Shown piece after piece: positions 1-11,101 of a stretch of DNA of 20,000 bases. This DNA is from Toensbergia leucococca (Eukaryota): NCBI GenBank assembly GCA_022813965.1, contig JALDZS010000115.1, positions 55,033 to 75,032 of the forward strand, written 5' to 3'. Made by a program: the position numbers and the translations under genes. Position 1 is the first letter of the stretch. The number at the start of each line of letters is the position of its first letter. A model generated the notes under the pieces. The model worked only from the letters and a program-made list of their open reading frames with translations. It did no database searches and was not told the DNA's origin.

Positions 1-462
1 CATGGCTCTACTAGCAGGTGTAATGCAGCAATCTCAACCCATCCCATATATCCCATCCGAGACCTTACCGCATCACAGCGGACTCATGTGTATAATCTCT
101 ATTGCAGGGAATAGAAAGAGCCTAGCAAATCTGTCTACTGACCGTTTGTTGCTCTCAATTTCGATACCTACGAGCGTGGTTAACGCGTCCGTCCCATATC
201 AGCGCTTTCCCCAACATTCCCTCCCAGCATCTCCCACTTTACTCCCTTTCAGCATCTACATCGTCACTCCAGCCTAGTATCTCCATCTCCCCATCCCCCT
301 CAAAGGCATCTTCAAAAAGCTCCCGTAAACCCAAATCCAGACCAAAAAAAAAAGGACTACAACATACCCTTATCTCAAATCCACATTCTTCAACTCTCAC
401 AGCCTCTTCCCGCTATCCCAACGCCCAGGGAAAAAAAATATTAAAAAAGAAAGAAAGAATGG

Positions 463-468
463 AAAAAA
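463..468 (-). terminator. RNA polymerase III terminator (T6) of the 5S gene
   Basis: A6 on + (T6 on -) begins 4 nt past the 5S 3' end. Further T-runs lie at 443-448 and 431-438. Confidence 0.8.
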
Positions 469-472
469 TTGT

Positions 473-591
473 ACATACAACAGCCAGGATTCGCTGGTCG
501 TCACCGACCCAACTACTAACTGACCGATCTGAGCTTTATGTATGGCAGAGCGGACGGGATGCCCAGTTCTGCTCAGTCTGTGGTCGTAGAT
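473..591 (-). rRNA. 5S ribosomal RNA gene (single dispersed copy, 119 nt)
   Basis: Reverse complement is ATCTACGACCACAGACTGAGCAGAACTGGGCATCCCGTCCGCTCTGCCATACATAAAGCTCAGATCGGTCAGTTAGTAGTTGGGTCGGTGACGACCAGCGAATCCTGGCTGTTGTATGT. It has the ascomycete 5S hallmarks CCCGTCCGCTC, TTAGTAGTTGGG..GTGAC..CCAGCGAATCC and terminal GTTGTATGT, and the expected length. Helices II, IV and V pair. Confidence 0.96.
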
Positions 592-959
592 AGGAGATTG
601 AGCTGGAATGTAGTAGTTTGTTGATGATGGAGATGTGATACACGTCCTTAGTGTGGGGTGGGTGCGATCAGGGAGGGCGGCATTAGTAGCAGGTAATTAG
701 ACTTGTTATTGCAGTATTCTACCTATCTATAATATATCTAGGTACTTGATTTGATAGAAAATCTAGTACCGATTTTGTTTTTGTTGTGGTGCTATTGAGC
801 CAGCCATCTCATAAAGTAATCAATTATCTATCTACCTATTTTTGATGATTCTTTACCTCCATACGCAGGAGAGGGAAATCCGCCACAACCTAGCTAGGTA
901 GTTTAGATTTATTTTCATATGATGGGTATTTTACCCCTTTTTAGTTAAGTCAACGCCAT

Positions 960-1505
960 CCTATCCCATGATATCAAAAAAGAAAAGGCAATTGATTAGC
1001 ACAAAAGTATGTCAAACACCTCAACAACCAACAGCCCCCCCCTCAAAAAAAAAAACAAAAGAGATTCTCACAAAGGGAGAAAGAAAGGGAGAGTAAACCC
1101 TAATCTCAAACCATCTCAGTCAGAATTTCTCAGATCTCAACAACCCCTTAATTCACCCTCTCTCTCTTTCTTTCAAAGACCTCACCATCAGAGAAAAAAA
1201 AAATTATCAAAACAAACACTCACAACCCAACTCCTCAACCACAAAGGCTACACACAGAAAACCCCATCCTTTCAAAAAACGAACCTTGACAATATTCCAC
1301 GTGTAGGTAGGGAAACAAGAAACATATTTTACAAACACACAAAGGTCAAAGACTCTACCATATCACCCAGCAAATTCAAAAAAAAACCCCCCAACCTTCC
1401 TCCCCCAACGTCAAACTTGATACAAAAAAAAAAAAAAGAACCAAACATGCCCTATCCTAGCCCCCATCGACCCTTCCTCAAACCCCACCCACCAAATAGA
1501 CAACA
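960..1505. repeat. Low-complexity A/C-rich tract with homopolymers (TOP2 3' flank)
   Basis: C8 1035-1042, A11 1045-1055, A10 1194-1203, A14 1424-1437. G is scarce on the + strand. Confidence 0.7.
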
Positions 1506-4500
1506 CTAATAGCTATCCTCGTCCTCCTCAAATCCCTCACTCTCGCTCTCGCTCTCCTCCTCGTCCCCAACCTCACTCCCACTCTCAACGACCAAAGCTT
1601 TCGCCGCCTTCCCCACAGCCACCGCAGCAGCCGCCCGTCTCGCCGGCCTCCTCTGCACAACCTCCTCATCCTCCCCATCATCATCATCATCATCCAAAAT
1701 CTCCTCCGCTGCCTCATCAACCTCGTCCCTCCTCCTAGACTGCTTAGCCGCATACGCCTTAGCTGCCGGACTGAGTACCGATTTTTTCGGCTCGGCAGCC
1801 ACAACTTTCGTCTTAGCGGGTACCTTGGGTTTTGGGGCAGCTACAGCTGTTGCAGAGCCTTTCACAGCAGGCTTCACAGCGGCTTTTTTGGAGACTTTTG
1901 GAGGGGGTAAGGAAGCCACGGCGAATGAATTCACGGAATCGAGCGTGTCGTCGTCCGAGAGGACGGTTGTCTTCGCTGTTACGACTGGGCCTTTCTTAGT
2001 AGTAGGTGGTGGAGCTAACTTGGAGTAGTCGGTATCGTCGGCATCAAAGTCAAGTGGGGCCTTCGAAGATAATGATTTCTTGGACGGTAGGCCTGCGCTG
2101 CTACTGGGGCGGGACATGGAGGCCGAAAAGAGTGGTCTAGCATTCGTCGAAGTGTCGGCTGCTACGTTGCCAATGCCTTTGACCATTTTGCCAACGTCGA
2201 ACAGGAGATTGTCGCCGTTGTCATCGTCGGAGGCGCTCAGAGTCCCGTAAGAGATCGGTTTGCTCGCCGCGGCTCGGGGTTTGCGGGAGGGAGCAGGACC
2301 TATTATTTCCTCATCTGCTTCTTCATCATCGGATTCAATCTTTTTGGCGGCAGCGCGAGGTTTGCGGGATGCAGCAGGTCGGACGATTTCTTCGTCTGCT
2401 TCTTCATCGTCAGAACTGGTTTTCTTTTTTGGCGCCGGTTTCTTTGATGCTGCGGCCGTTTTGCCTTTCTTTAATTTTGGAACTTCAGCTGCTTCAGAGC
2501 CGGAATTCACAGCACCATCGAGCGTCCTCCATGCATCCTCCGAGTCTTTGTTGACCGGCTTAGTCTCGGATGACTCTGCTGTAGACGCTGTTTGGTGCGT
2601 CAAGGCCTTTGAGATAGTGGTCTGCTTTAACTTTGCCGGCGGTGATAAGTGCGAGAGCATACCAATCTTTGGCTGTATGTGCTTGGTCGCTGTAGGCTTC
2701 TTAGGCTTGGGCTCATCCCAGTCATCATCACCTTGAGCTTTTCGCTTCCTAGGGGCAGGGGCTTTGGCACCACCAATGTTCAATTTGGTTGATGCTCGAC
2801 GACCCAGGTTTGCGGCTTTCTTCTGGCGCTTGGCTTCGTCATCGAGTTGATATCTCCATTCATTGATGAAGTCGTCCAAATCCCTCTTCCATAAATCTTC
2901 CTTACTTAGCTTGATAAGAGTGTCTATCTCAAGCTCTTTGTCGCCAACCTGCTTTAGCAATCTCTCAACCCGTTCCTTAGTCAATGACCAGATAGCCATC
3001 TTACAACACGGTCAGCGATAGCACAGAACGTACAACAACAAGTACTTACACCCAAAAGGTAGTCGTATGCACTCGCCCCTGTCTCGACATCTTCTTCGGT
3101 TTCTTCCTCGTTTTCGAGCGCAGGCTCAAATTCACCGTCCTTGGTTGCATCGACGACCTTTGAGAAAGCCTTGAACCCCTTTTGCTTAAGCTCTGACACC
3201 AAGTCTTTCTTCTTCTTCTTCGAAACCACGAGCTTCCCGTCGATGATCATTTGAATGAAGCGTGCCTGGTTACTGAGCTTCTCCAGGTCTTTTTGCATCT
3301 CGGAAAGTTGATATGCCTGCTGGGCGTAAATTGAAGAACAGAGATGCAACTGAAGTACGAGCCTACCTTCCGCTTCTCATAGAGCTTTATACGGACACCA
3401 TAGTATTCCTTCAGGATGTCCTCCACGCTCGCATACTTGGTTATTCTCCCTTCGGCATCGAAAGCCACAAGGTTTGATGTAGCAATTGATTTCGTGAGTT
3501 TGAACTTCTCCTCTAGGCCTGTCTCAAGAGCAATTTTCATGTGCTTCTCTTCCATTCGGATTATGAAATGGACATCTTTGTGAGTATTGTAGTCATCATA
3601 GTCCTTGATGAAGGACGGAACCTTTTCAGCTTTGATGATTTCTACAATTTTTTCCTTGAAGTCCTGCGTCCACATCCGGATTGGAAGTTCTGTTACCTCA
3701 AGCTCTGTGTCGCTGGTCTGCTTGATGATACCGCTGAATTTGTAGCGGTCTTGTCCCATCGGCGTGACACTGCCTTTGAAGTCGCGGAACCATGGTACCA
3801 TCGTTTCTATAGGTTCACCGTCCATCATAAGCCTCAAATTTTTGACAATGTCTTCAGGATTATAATTTGGGATAGAAGAGCTCCACCCGGTACCAATTCC
3901 ATCCGCCCCGTTGATCAGAATCATTGGTACGACGGGGACATACATATGGGGCTCAATTCTCTTATCATCGTCCGTGTGGTATGTGAGAAGTGGCTCATCA
4001 GACTGATGAAATATGCGCCTTGCGAATGGTGAGAGGCGTGTGTAGATATAACGTGCACTAGCACAATCATTCCCTCCTTGAATTCGAGTACCAAAATTTC
4101 CGCTGGGTTCCAGGCAGTTGACGTTGTTAGACCCGACGAAAGTCTGCGCAAGGCCGACGATTGTTTGCTGCAACGAAGTTTCACCATGCGGATATGCTGT
4201 AAGTCCGGAGACTGAGCCGGCAAGCTCAACAACTTTGATGTCCTTCCTCACATTTCGCTTGAAACAAGTGAAAAGAACCTTGCGCTGCCCAGGCTTCAGC
4301 CCATCAACCACCGATGGAATAGAACGCAAATTATCTGCCATACTAAAGAGGATAAGTTCCTTGTTGACAAAATCCGTATAGGTGATTTCCTTGGAAGACA
4401 TATCAAGATAAGTACCTGGCTTGAACTGGCGAAGCCATTCCTTTCGCTCGTCGGCTTTCTTCTTCGAGAAGGCACGCTCAATGAGCTCAGCCTCGGCGTC

Positions 4501-6955
4501 TTGCATGATATGAAATTCCTTGAGATGTTTGTCTAGATCTCGGAAATAGACCTCGGCGTCTTCAGCGCCACTGGTCCCCAATCCTTTGTAGTATTTATGC
4601 TCCCAATTACGTTCATTTTTATGTTCTTCTTTCCACGCCTCGTATTCTGGCATTGTGAAGAAAGACTGGGACTTGGTAGGATTCTTTGGGTCGCCCTTGT
4701 AGACTTTGACGATAGGCGTGATGAACTCAATCAGGAACCCCGGGATCTTAAGTAAACTTGGAAAGGAGACCTGGAGAAAATTTATAAGGAGTCCTTTGAT
4801 ATGGCTGCCATCATGATCTTGATCCGTCATGATCATAAGATGACCATATCGTAAGCTCTTGCAATCGGTGTACTCCACCTTGTGTTTCAAACCCAAGAAA
4901 TTTTTGATATTTTGTATCTCAGCATTCTTGGAGATCTGGTCTAAAGAGGCGTCTCGTACGTTTAGCAGCTTACCACGAAGCGGAAATGCCCCGAAGAGAT
5001 CAGCTGAGACGACAGACCGGCCAGCGATAGCCATTCCAATGGCAGAATCTCCTTCGGTCAAGATAAGTGTGCATTTGTACCCATCTTTTGTCCCAGCTTT
5101 ATTGGCGTCTGTAAGCTTGGGATTGTCCATTCGACTTCTACGGTTGCCGTCACTCTTTTTAAGTATTTGGTCCGCTTTCTGCTGAGCAAAGTGCAAGATA
5201 TTGTTGACCACCTCGGTCTTGGCGATTTTCTTGAGAAAATCATCGCTGACTGTGCATTTGCTGCCAAATTGGCCGTGCTTGGTGGTCAGTTGTTCCTTGG
5301 TCTGAGACGTGAAGGCAGGGTTGACTATCAAGCAATTCACGAAGAGGAAGATATGATTGCGAATTTGACTAATCTTGAGTGCGGCTCCTCCTTTGTTCCG
5401 CCTCTTGACTATATCCAGAAGCTTTGTGCAGATTTGGTCCGCTATGAAGTTGACGTGGGTCCCGCCAGAGGTGGTTGCGATGGAGTTTACGAATGAGACC
5501 TGTTGGAAAGTACCATCCGACACTGCAAAGCCAATCTCCCAACGCACATCTGGGTTGTCTGTGATGATATCAGACGTGTCGTTGACTGCTTCGTCCCCTC
5601 GTTCCCGCTTGATAGCTTTCGTGTACATCTCCATGTACTTTTTAAAGCTGTTGACTTTGATTTTTTCGCCATTGAGGAACACCTTGACACCTTTGCTGGT
5701 TCCTGCCAAATCATAGACTCTTCGCTTCACCAACGCTTCAAAGTCGTCATCTATGCCATCCATCTTGAACTTCTTGAAATCAGGCGTAAAAGTGATGTTA
5801 GTGAAGTCGTCACCTTTGTTAGGAGATATCGTAGCTTTGCCCATATGGCTCATATTGCCAGTCCAGACCTGCTTGTACTTCTTCTTCGACTTCGAGTCTG
5901 CCGTTTCCAGGATGAACTCGGTGCTGAATATATTACAAAGTTTCGCACCGTACCCATTACGCCCACCAGTAACCTTCTGCTGGTCGTCGTCGTAGTTCGA
6001 AGATGTGAGCAAATGACCAAATATCATTTCAGGTATGTATATTTTCTCTTTCTGCGACACCGTGTTAAAACAGAAAAGAAAGCAACATCGGCAAGGTGAC
6101 TAACTTCATGGATCTCTATTGGAATGCCTCGCCCATTGTTCATGACGCTTATTTGGCCACTTTCTCGATTAACCGTGACTTTGATTGTATCCATGTTCTT
6201 ATCTCTCTGCTTGTTATCGGCTGCATTGACCAAGATCTCGTCAAAGATCTTGTAAAGACCAGGCACAAAGCTGACTTCCCTCATTTCCATGGAATCCATC
6301 TGGGTATTGTAGACCCACATGAGCTTCTCGCTGCGCTCCACGGATCCGACGTAAGTATCAGGGCGCTTGATTATATGTTCAAGCTGGGTGAGCTATAGAA
6401 AGTGTGATTATCATGTAGCTAGGCCAGTCAGAGTGTCGGCACGTACCTTCTGGTAAGCGTCTGAAGAGCTTGCCCCCTTCTTGGACGCTGGTTCGTTGGC
6501 TCCATCGAGTCCCATCGATTCGTTCTCGAGCTCTTGAAAGGGTTTCCCTCCAGACTTTTTAGGTGCTGGCGCTTTCTTTTGTTTTTTCGTACTAGGTGGA
6601 GTGACAGAAAGTAAAGAGTCGTCGTGTTGTGATCCGATTTTTGGACCAGAGTCCTCGCTCTCGTCCTCGGTGTCTGGCTTTGGCCGTTTTTTCGACGCAG
6701 CAGGCTTAGCTTTCAGTGTGAGAGTAGTCTGTGATTCTTTCTTAGACGCAGCCTTGGGTGCTGCCTCTGCTTTCTTAGGAGCCGCTTTCGGCGCAGCCTT
6801 AGCTTTTGGCTTGGCTTTCTGCAGCAAGGTAGAGTCAGCACGATAAACAAAAGGCGTTGAACTTCAATTGCTTCACATACAATGATCGGAGCAGGTACGA
6901 AGACATCGGACTCGGCCGTGTCGTCAAACACAGATTCTACCATTGAGGAATCCAT
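1506..6955 (-). CDS. TOP2: DNA topoisomerase II (type IIA), about 1726 aa, 6 exons
   Basis: Exons 6955-6881, 6818-6447, 6392-6105, 6051-3367, 3316(or 3319)-3050, 2999-1506, joined in frame by GT-AG introns of 62, 54, 53, 50 and 50 nt. GHKL ATPase motifs (EILVNAADN, NNGRGIP, GGRNGYGAKL), TOPRIM motifs (TEGDSA, PLRGKLLN, MTDQDHDGSH), catalytic-Tyr motif ASARYIYT and a charged disordered C-tail. Confidence 0.97.
1676..1694. repeat. (CAT)6 microsatellite encoding poly-Asp in the Top2 tail
   Basis: catcatcatcatcatcatc corresponds to DDDDDD on the - strand. Confidence 0.8.
2253..2414 (-). repeat. Diverged 81-bp (27-aa) tandem duplication inside the TOP2 C-terminal domain
   Basis: SDDEEADEEIVRPAASRKPRAAAKKIE followed by SDDEEADEEIIGPAPSRKPRAAASKPI. 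The DNA word ttgcggga occurs at 2281 and 2362 (period 81). Confidence 0.85.
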
Positions 6956-8036
6956 AGAGGCGCGTTCATTCGCGTGCTTTCTTTGAAACTCGATGTATCG
7001 AGCCAAGGGTAGATGACAGGGAAGCCGAAAAGAAGCTTATGAGCTGGTACGAGTGCCCATACCAGCGCTGATAGAGATATCAAGTAGTTCTCCTCTCGAG
7101 GTTTCCATTTGGTTTTGATATCATTTTTGACACGGCGCTGTTTTGTTTACAAAGACGGGACCTCGGGACCTCGCGCCGACCAGAATAGCCGAGCTGGCTG
7201 GCTTATTCTAGAGTATGGCAGCTTCTTTGGGCTTAGCGAGGGGCTACCCCACACATCTCTCCTGACATGACAAGTAAGGTACAGGTAACCTATTCGAGGT
7301 TCATCCCGCATGAAAATTCTCTGATAGATGAAGATAGCATCCCCTTGATGCATCTGCCTGATATAATCATCCCCGAAAGTGATGTCTCTTTCAAGAGAGA
7401 ATGAGTTGATAATTTTCATATCCATGTCACTTCATTCAGAGCCTCAGTTGCACTATCACTCTCATATACTATCAGATCTTGTGCTGCAGTAGCAGAATTG
7501 AGAAGGGCCCAGATATGTAGGTAGGTGAATGGCTAAATCGCGTACTTCTTGGAAGCTCCAGTTGTTAATATGAGTCATTAATTGGATTGCAAGTAGAGTC
7601 TTTTTTTTTGCGGCATTCAGATTGGTCAGTTAATGATGCGAAGATCATGAAGCTAACAGATCAATTCTAGACAAGATGAGGTATAATAGGATGTCCTCGC
7701 TAGCGTCAGAGATCTAAAAGCTCGCATTGCGTTTTCCTACAACACCTAATCAATGACGGTGCAAGATATAGCTGAAAAGAAGCAAAACTTGGCCGCCTAC
7801 ACTTATCAAATGTTTTAAAGCAGAATGCGAGTTTTACAATTGCTCTAGCCGTAGACCTGAATTTGCTTGAGCATTGCATGCCGCTGAAAATGAAACATCT
7901 GTCTGTATACGAGTAAGAAGAATCATGACCCGAATGCGCATCGAGCCCCTCCTACACCTTGTACTGAAATCGTAACAGAACCCCTCTCATATCTGTGACG
8001 CGAAACAAAAATTTATGGGCCTGCCATTTTACAGGG

Positions 8037-11000
8037 TTATCGAGCTTCCGCGGCGCTCAACCCAGAATTCGAAACCGTCCGCCTCCCCCAGCCGCTGAAG
8101 AAGCCGCCACTTGACGAACTTGGCGGCGTCACCTTCGAGTCTTGCTGTACCGCTCTTGCTGCGGCAACCATGGTAAATCCCGAAGTGATGACGCCAGGGT
8201 TCTTTGGAATACAAGGCTCGCTAGGACTCGGTCTATGTCCACCACCAACAGGAGATGCAGGAGATCCTCCAAACATTTTCCGTAATGAATCGAGCTTCCC
8301 CTTTACCTCCTCAAGTTCCTGCCTCGCAACGGCTTCTGCTGTCTTTGCGTGAACCAGTTCTATCAGAAGGGCATCCTCAGCAACAGGCTTGTGATTTTCA
8401 GTTGCAAGCACCGACTGCAATCCGAGACTGCTTGTGCGCTTGGAAAATTGTGGGCCACTCTGCGAGCACATTGACCCAGACCTGCCAAGCTTAAGCTGCC
8501 GCAGACCACCAGGCCGACCGTCTGTAGTATCGGATGGAGAGGAAGGCATGTCCAGGGCAGAATCTGATGTCGATGATAAGCGACTCTTCAATTCTTGCAC
8601 TGATTTCTCAAGTCTCTGCTTCTCCGTATGAGTGTCTTTTACGCGGGACCGGACTTCTCGGAGTTGTTCCCTCAAGCCCTTGACCTCCAATTCCTGGTCG
8701 CTTAGCTGGCGCGACAGCTCAGCAGACCTCATTGCTTCTACATCGTACTGGTCCTTCCACCGTTTTGCGTCATCTCGAAGCTGATGCTTGGTCTGTACAA
8801 TTGAAGACCGTTTTGGTTTTGCCACAATGAAGTGCTCCTCAAGCTCGGCCCAAGCATCATCGGTATCATGCATTTGAGCATTTTTTCCCGACGCAGGAAT
8901 TGGCTGCTCTGTCAAGTCCTCTGGTATCGTAATGAGTATGTTGCGCTTCACCCGCTCGATAGTGCGCTGGACTACTAGACGGTCCTCTTCGCGCTCTTCA
9001 CGTTCCTTCTGTAGCTCGCTGAAGAGGGTCGTTTGCTCTCGTTGCATGTCACTCATAGCCGTCAAGAGATCTTCAATTTGACCGTGAAGATCTTTGTCTT
9101 TGTTGGTGATGCCTACCGATCGCGATGGTCGTAAGGTGTTGGTGATCGATGGAGGGCCTGGCTTCGTTGGTGTACAGTCTGCGGATGGCTCTCTTGACAT
9201 AGCGGTTGCCTCAGTCGATACTGTGCTCGGTTGACTATCTACACTATCGATCGAGTTGAGAGTAGATGCCATACTTTGCTTTGAGGGGGTTCGCATGAGA
9301 AAGCTCGACGGTCGTGATGGTGCCGCAAGGCCCGAGCTTGGCGATAATGACTTCGTTGATGAGTGGGATCCTGCCCAGAAGCGTCCGAGGAACCGAGACG
9401 CAGCTGCCTGGACATTTGGCAAGGAGCTGAATTTTGGCATAGAACCTTCTCTTTGGGCGTTCTTGAATGTAACTTCGAGAGCTTCCAAATTCTCCCGCGT
9501 TACGAGCCCAGTCAGGCCAATGAAATCGTTGACTAGGTCATCGGCATTACAGCCATACGTGTCCCACAGCTCCCTCGAAAGTAACAACTGCATGATATCT
9601 TCGAACTCGGAGCAACCCAGTATCCTCGTCTCGTTCCTACGCATTAGTGACAGAGCAACACGCATAAGTGTCTCCGAAGCTCCCTCGGTCAGTATGACAT
9701 CATAAATGCGAAGAAGCATGTTCAGAGGACACGTAACAGCGAAGAAGGACAGGAACCATTGCGATACGTACAATGGCTCGATTTGTAGAGTATCGAGATG
9801 GCTGGCAAGTATCGGTAGATGTTGTGACAGCAAATGTTGGAACTGGTATATCCGAAGGTGAAGACCAGAAAGATCCGGCAAGAAACATGATCTTAGATCG
9901 TAGTGCTCCATCAAGCTACCTATCCGTTAGCGAATACCATGAATCATCGGTCTCAAGAGATATTCACCGAACAAGTACGCAAAAAGCATCTTTATCGCCC
10001 ATGTGCATGAGTAAAGGTCCAACCACAAAACCAAGTCCTTGACAGTATCCAATTTTTTGATCGTAAAGGCTAAATGAATTCAGCACTCTTCCGAGCATTT
10101 TCTGGCCGTCTCCTGCAGGATCTCTAAACATTTCGACACCAGGGAAGCTTCGCCCAATGTCCTTATCGATTAATTTTTCGTATGGACTTGACTCTCCGCA
10201 GAGCCTGTCGTATTCTTCCTCTAACAAGCGATCCCGAGCACCAGCTATGCTCATCCAAACAACACCTCGCAATGGTGGTGGTACACCGCTTCTTATCTTG
10301 TTCGAGGTCAGGGTAGGAAGCCGTTGGGCTGTCTGAGGATAATCGAGCACAAGGGCAGCCCAAAATTCCAACTCAGTCATTGGGGGGTTTGGGAGTTGAG
10401 AATATCGAAGTGACGGCTTGGTAGACTCGTTTACAAGCTTTTTGAGATGTTGTATCGACGGAGGCCGTGACTGTCTTCGGTCTCGAGGTGTTCTGGAAAT
10501 GCCTGCCTTTGGGTCTGTGGCTAGAGCATTGTTCTCTTGCTCAAGCCGAGCAAGAAGAAAGGCAGTCGACTGTAATCGTTAATGAATGATTCATGACTTC
10601 GAAAGTTTGCCAACAAAAACATACCTCATCGGATCCCTCGTCTCGTGGCTCTTGTTCTTCGCTCTTCTCCAGCTCATCCCAATCGACATGTGTGCTGCCA
10701 GCAGAACTGCTAGTGTCTGAGCTGTAACTTCGAGATCGAATAGTGCCCGACGTCGCAACCGATTCTTCCTCTTCTACTATACTAGTCATCGAACTAGATG
10801 CTGTTGACTGCCTGCCTGTCCGCTGCGGATGCTGATAGTTCTCCTCGAGTACGCCTGCATACTGCTCTGCACTATCAATGTTCCGCCCTTCCTCGTACAC
10901 ATATTCGTCCATGTTATTGTCGAGTTCTCCATCGTTACTATGCCCTATTGACATCGACGGGTTCATGGATGTACTTTCTAGAGGCATGAACACTAGATCT

Positions 11001-11101
11001 GCTGGTAGGGTATTATGGCCAGAAATGTCGGATGAAGCGCTTTGCTCATTGTCAAGGAGGGTTTTCTCCAAAGTTGTATTTGTGCTTGTGTGCGGGTCCA
11101 T
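8037..11101 (-). CDS. GYP5: TBC-domain Rab GTPase-activating protein with C-terminal coiled coils (Gyp5/EVI5-like), about 985 aa, 3 exons
   Basis: Exons 11101-10625, 10569-9968, 9915-8037 with introns of 55 and 52 nt. TBC arginine finger IDKDIGRSFP, glutamine finger YCQGLGF, also LRGVVW and SQWFLSFF, plus a coiled-coil C-terminus. First ATG is in the context GCGATGG. The family is clear; the exact orthologue name is less certain. Confidence 0.88.

Noticed and set aside
2..277. 91-aa ORF on +
   Set aside because: No recognisable domain or supporting splice structure; truncated context at the window edge.
1095..1104. AAACCCTAAT telomere-like word
   Set aside because: A single unit, no array; expected by chance in this composition.
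1009..1509. 166-aa Lys/Pro/Asn-rich ORF on +
   Set aside because: By-product of A/C homopolymer-rich, stop-poor DNA antisense to the TOP2 3' flank.
1478..6846. Many antisense and alternative-frame ORFs over TOP2 (likewise over GYP5, EMP70 and LCP5)
   Set aside because: Shadow ORFs of real coding sequence with no independent motifs.
7147..7425. 92-aa ORF on - upstream of TOP2
   Set aside because: No recognisable homology; overlaps the probable TOP2 promoter with AGGTA motifs.
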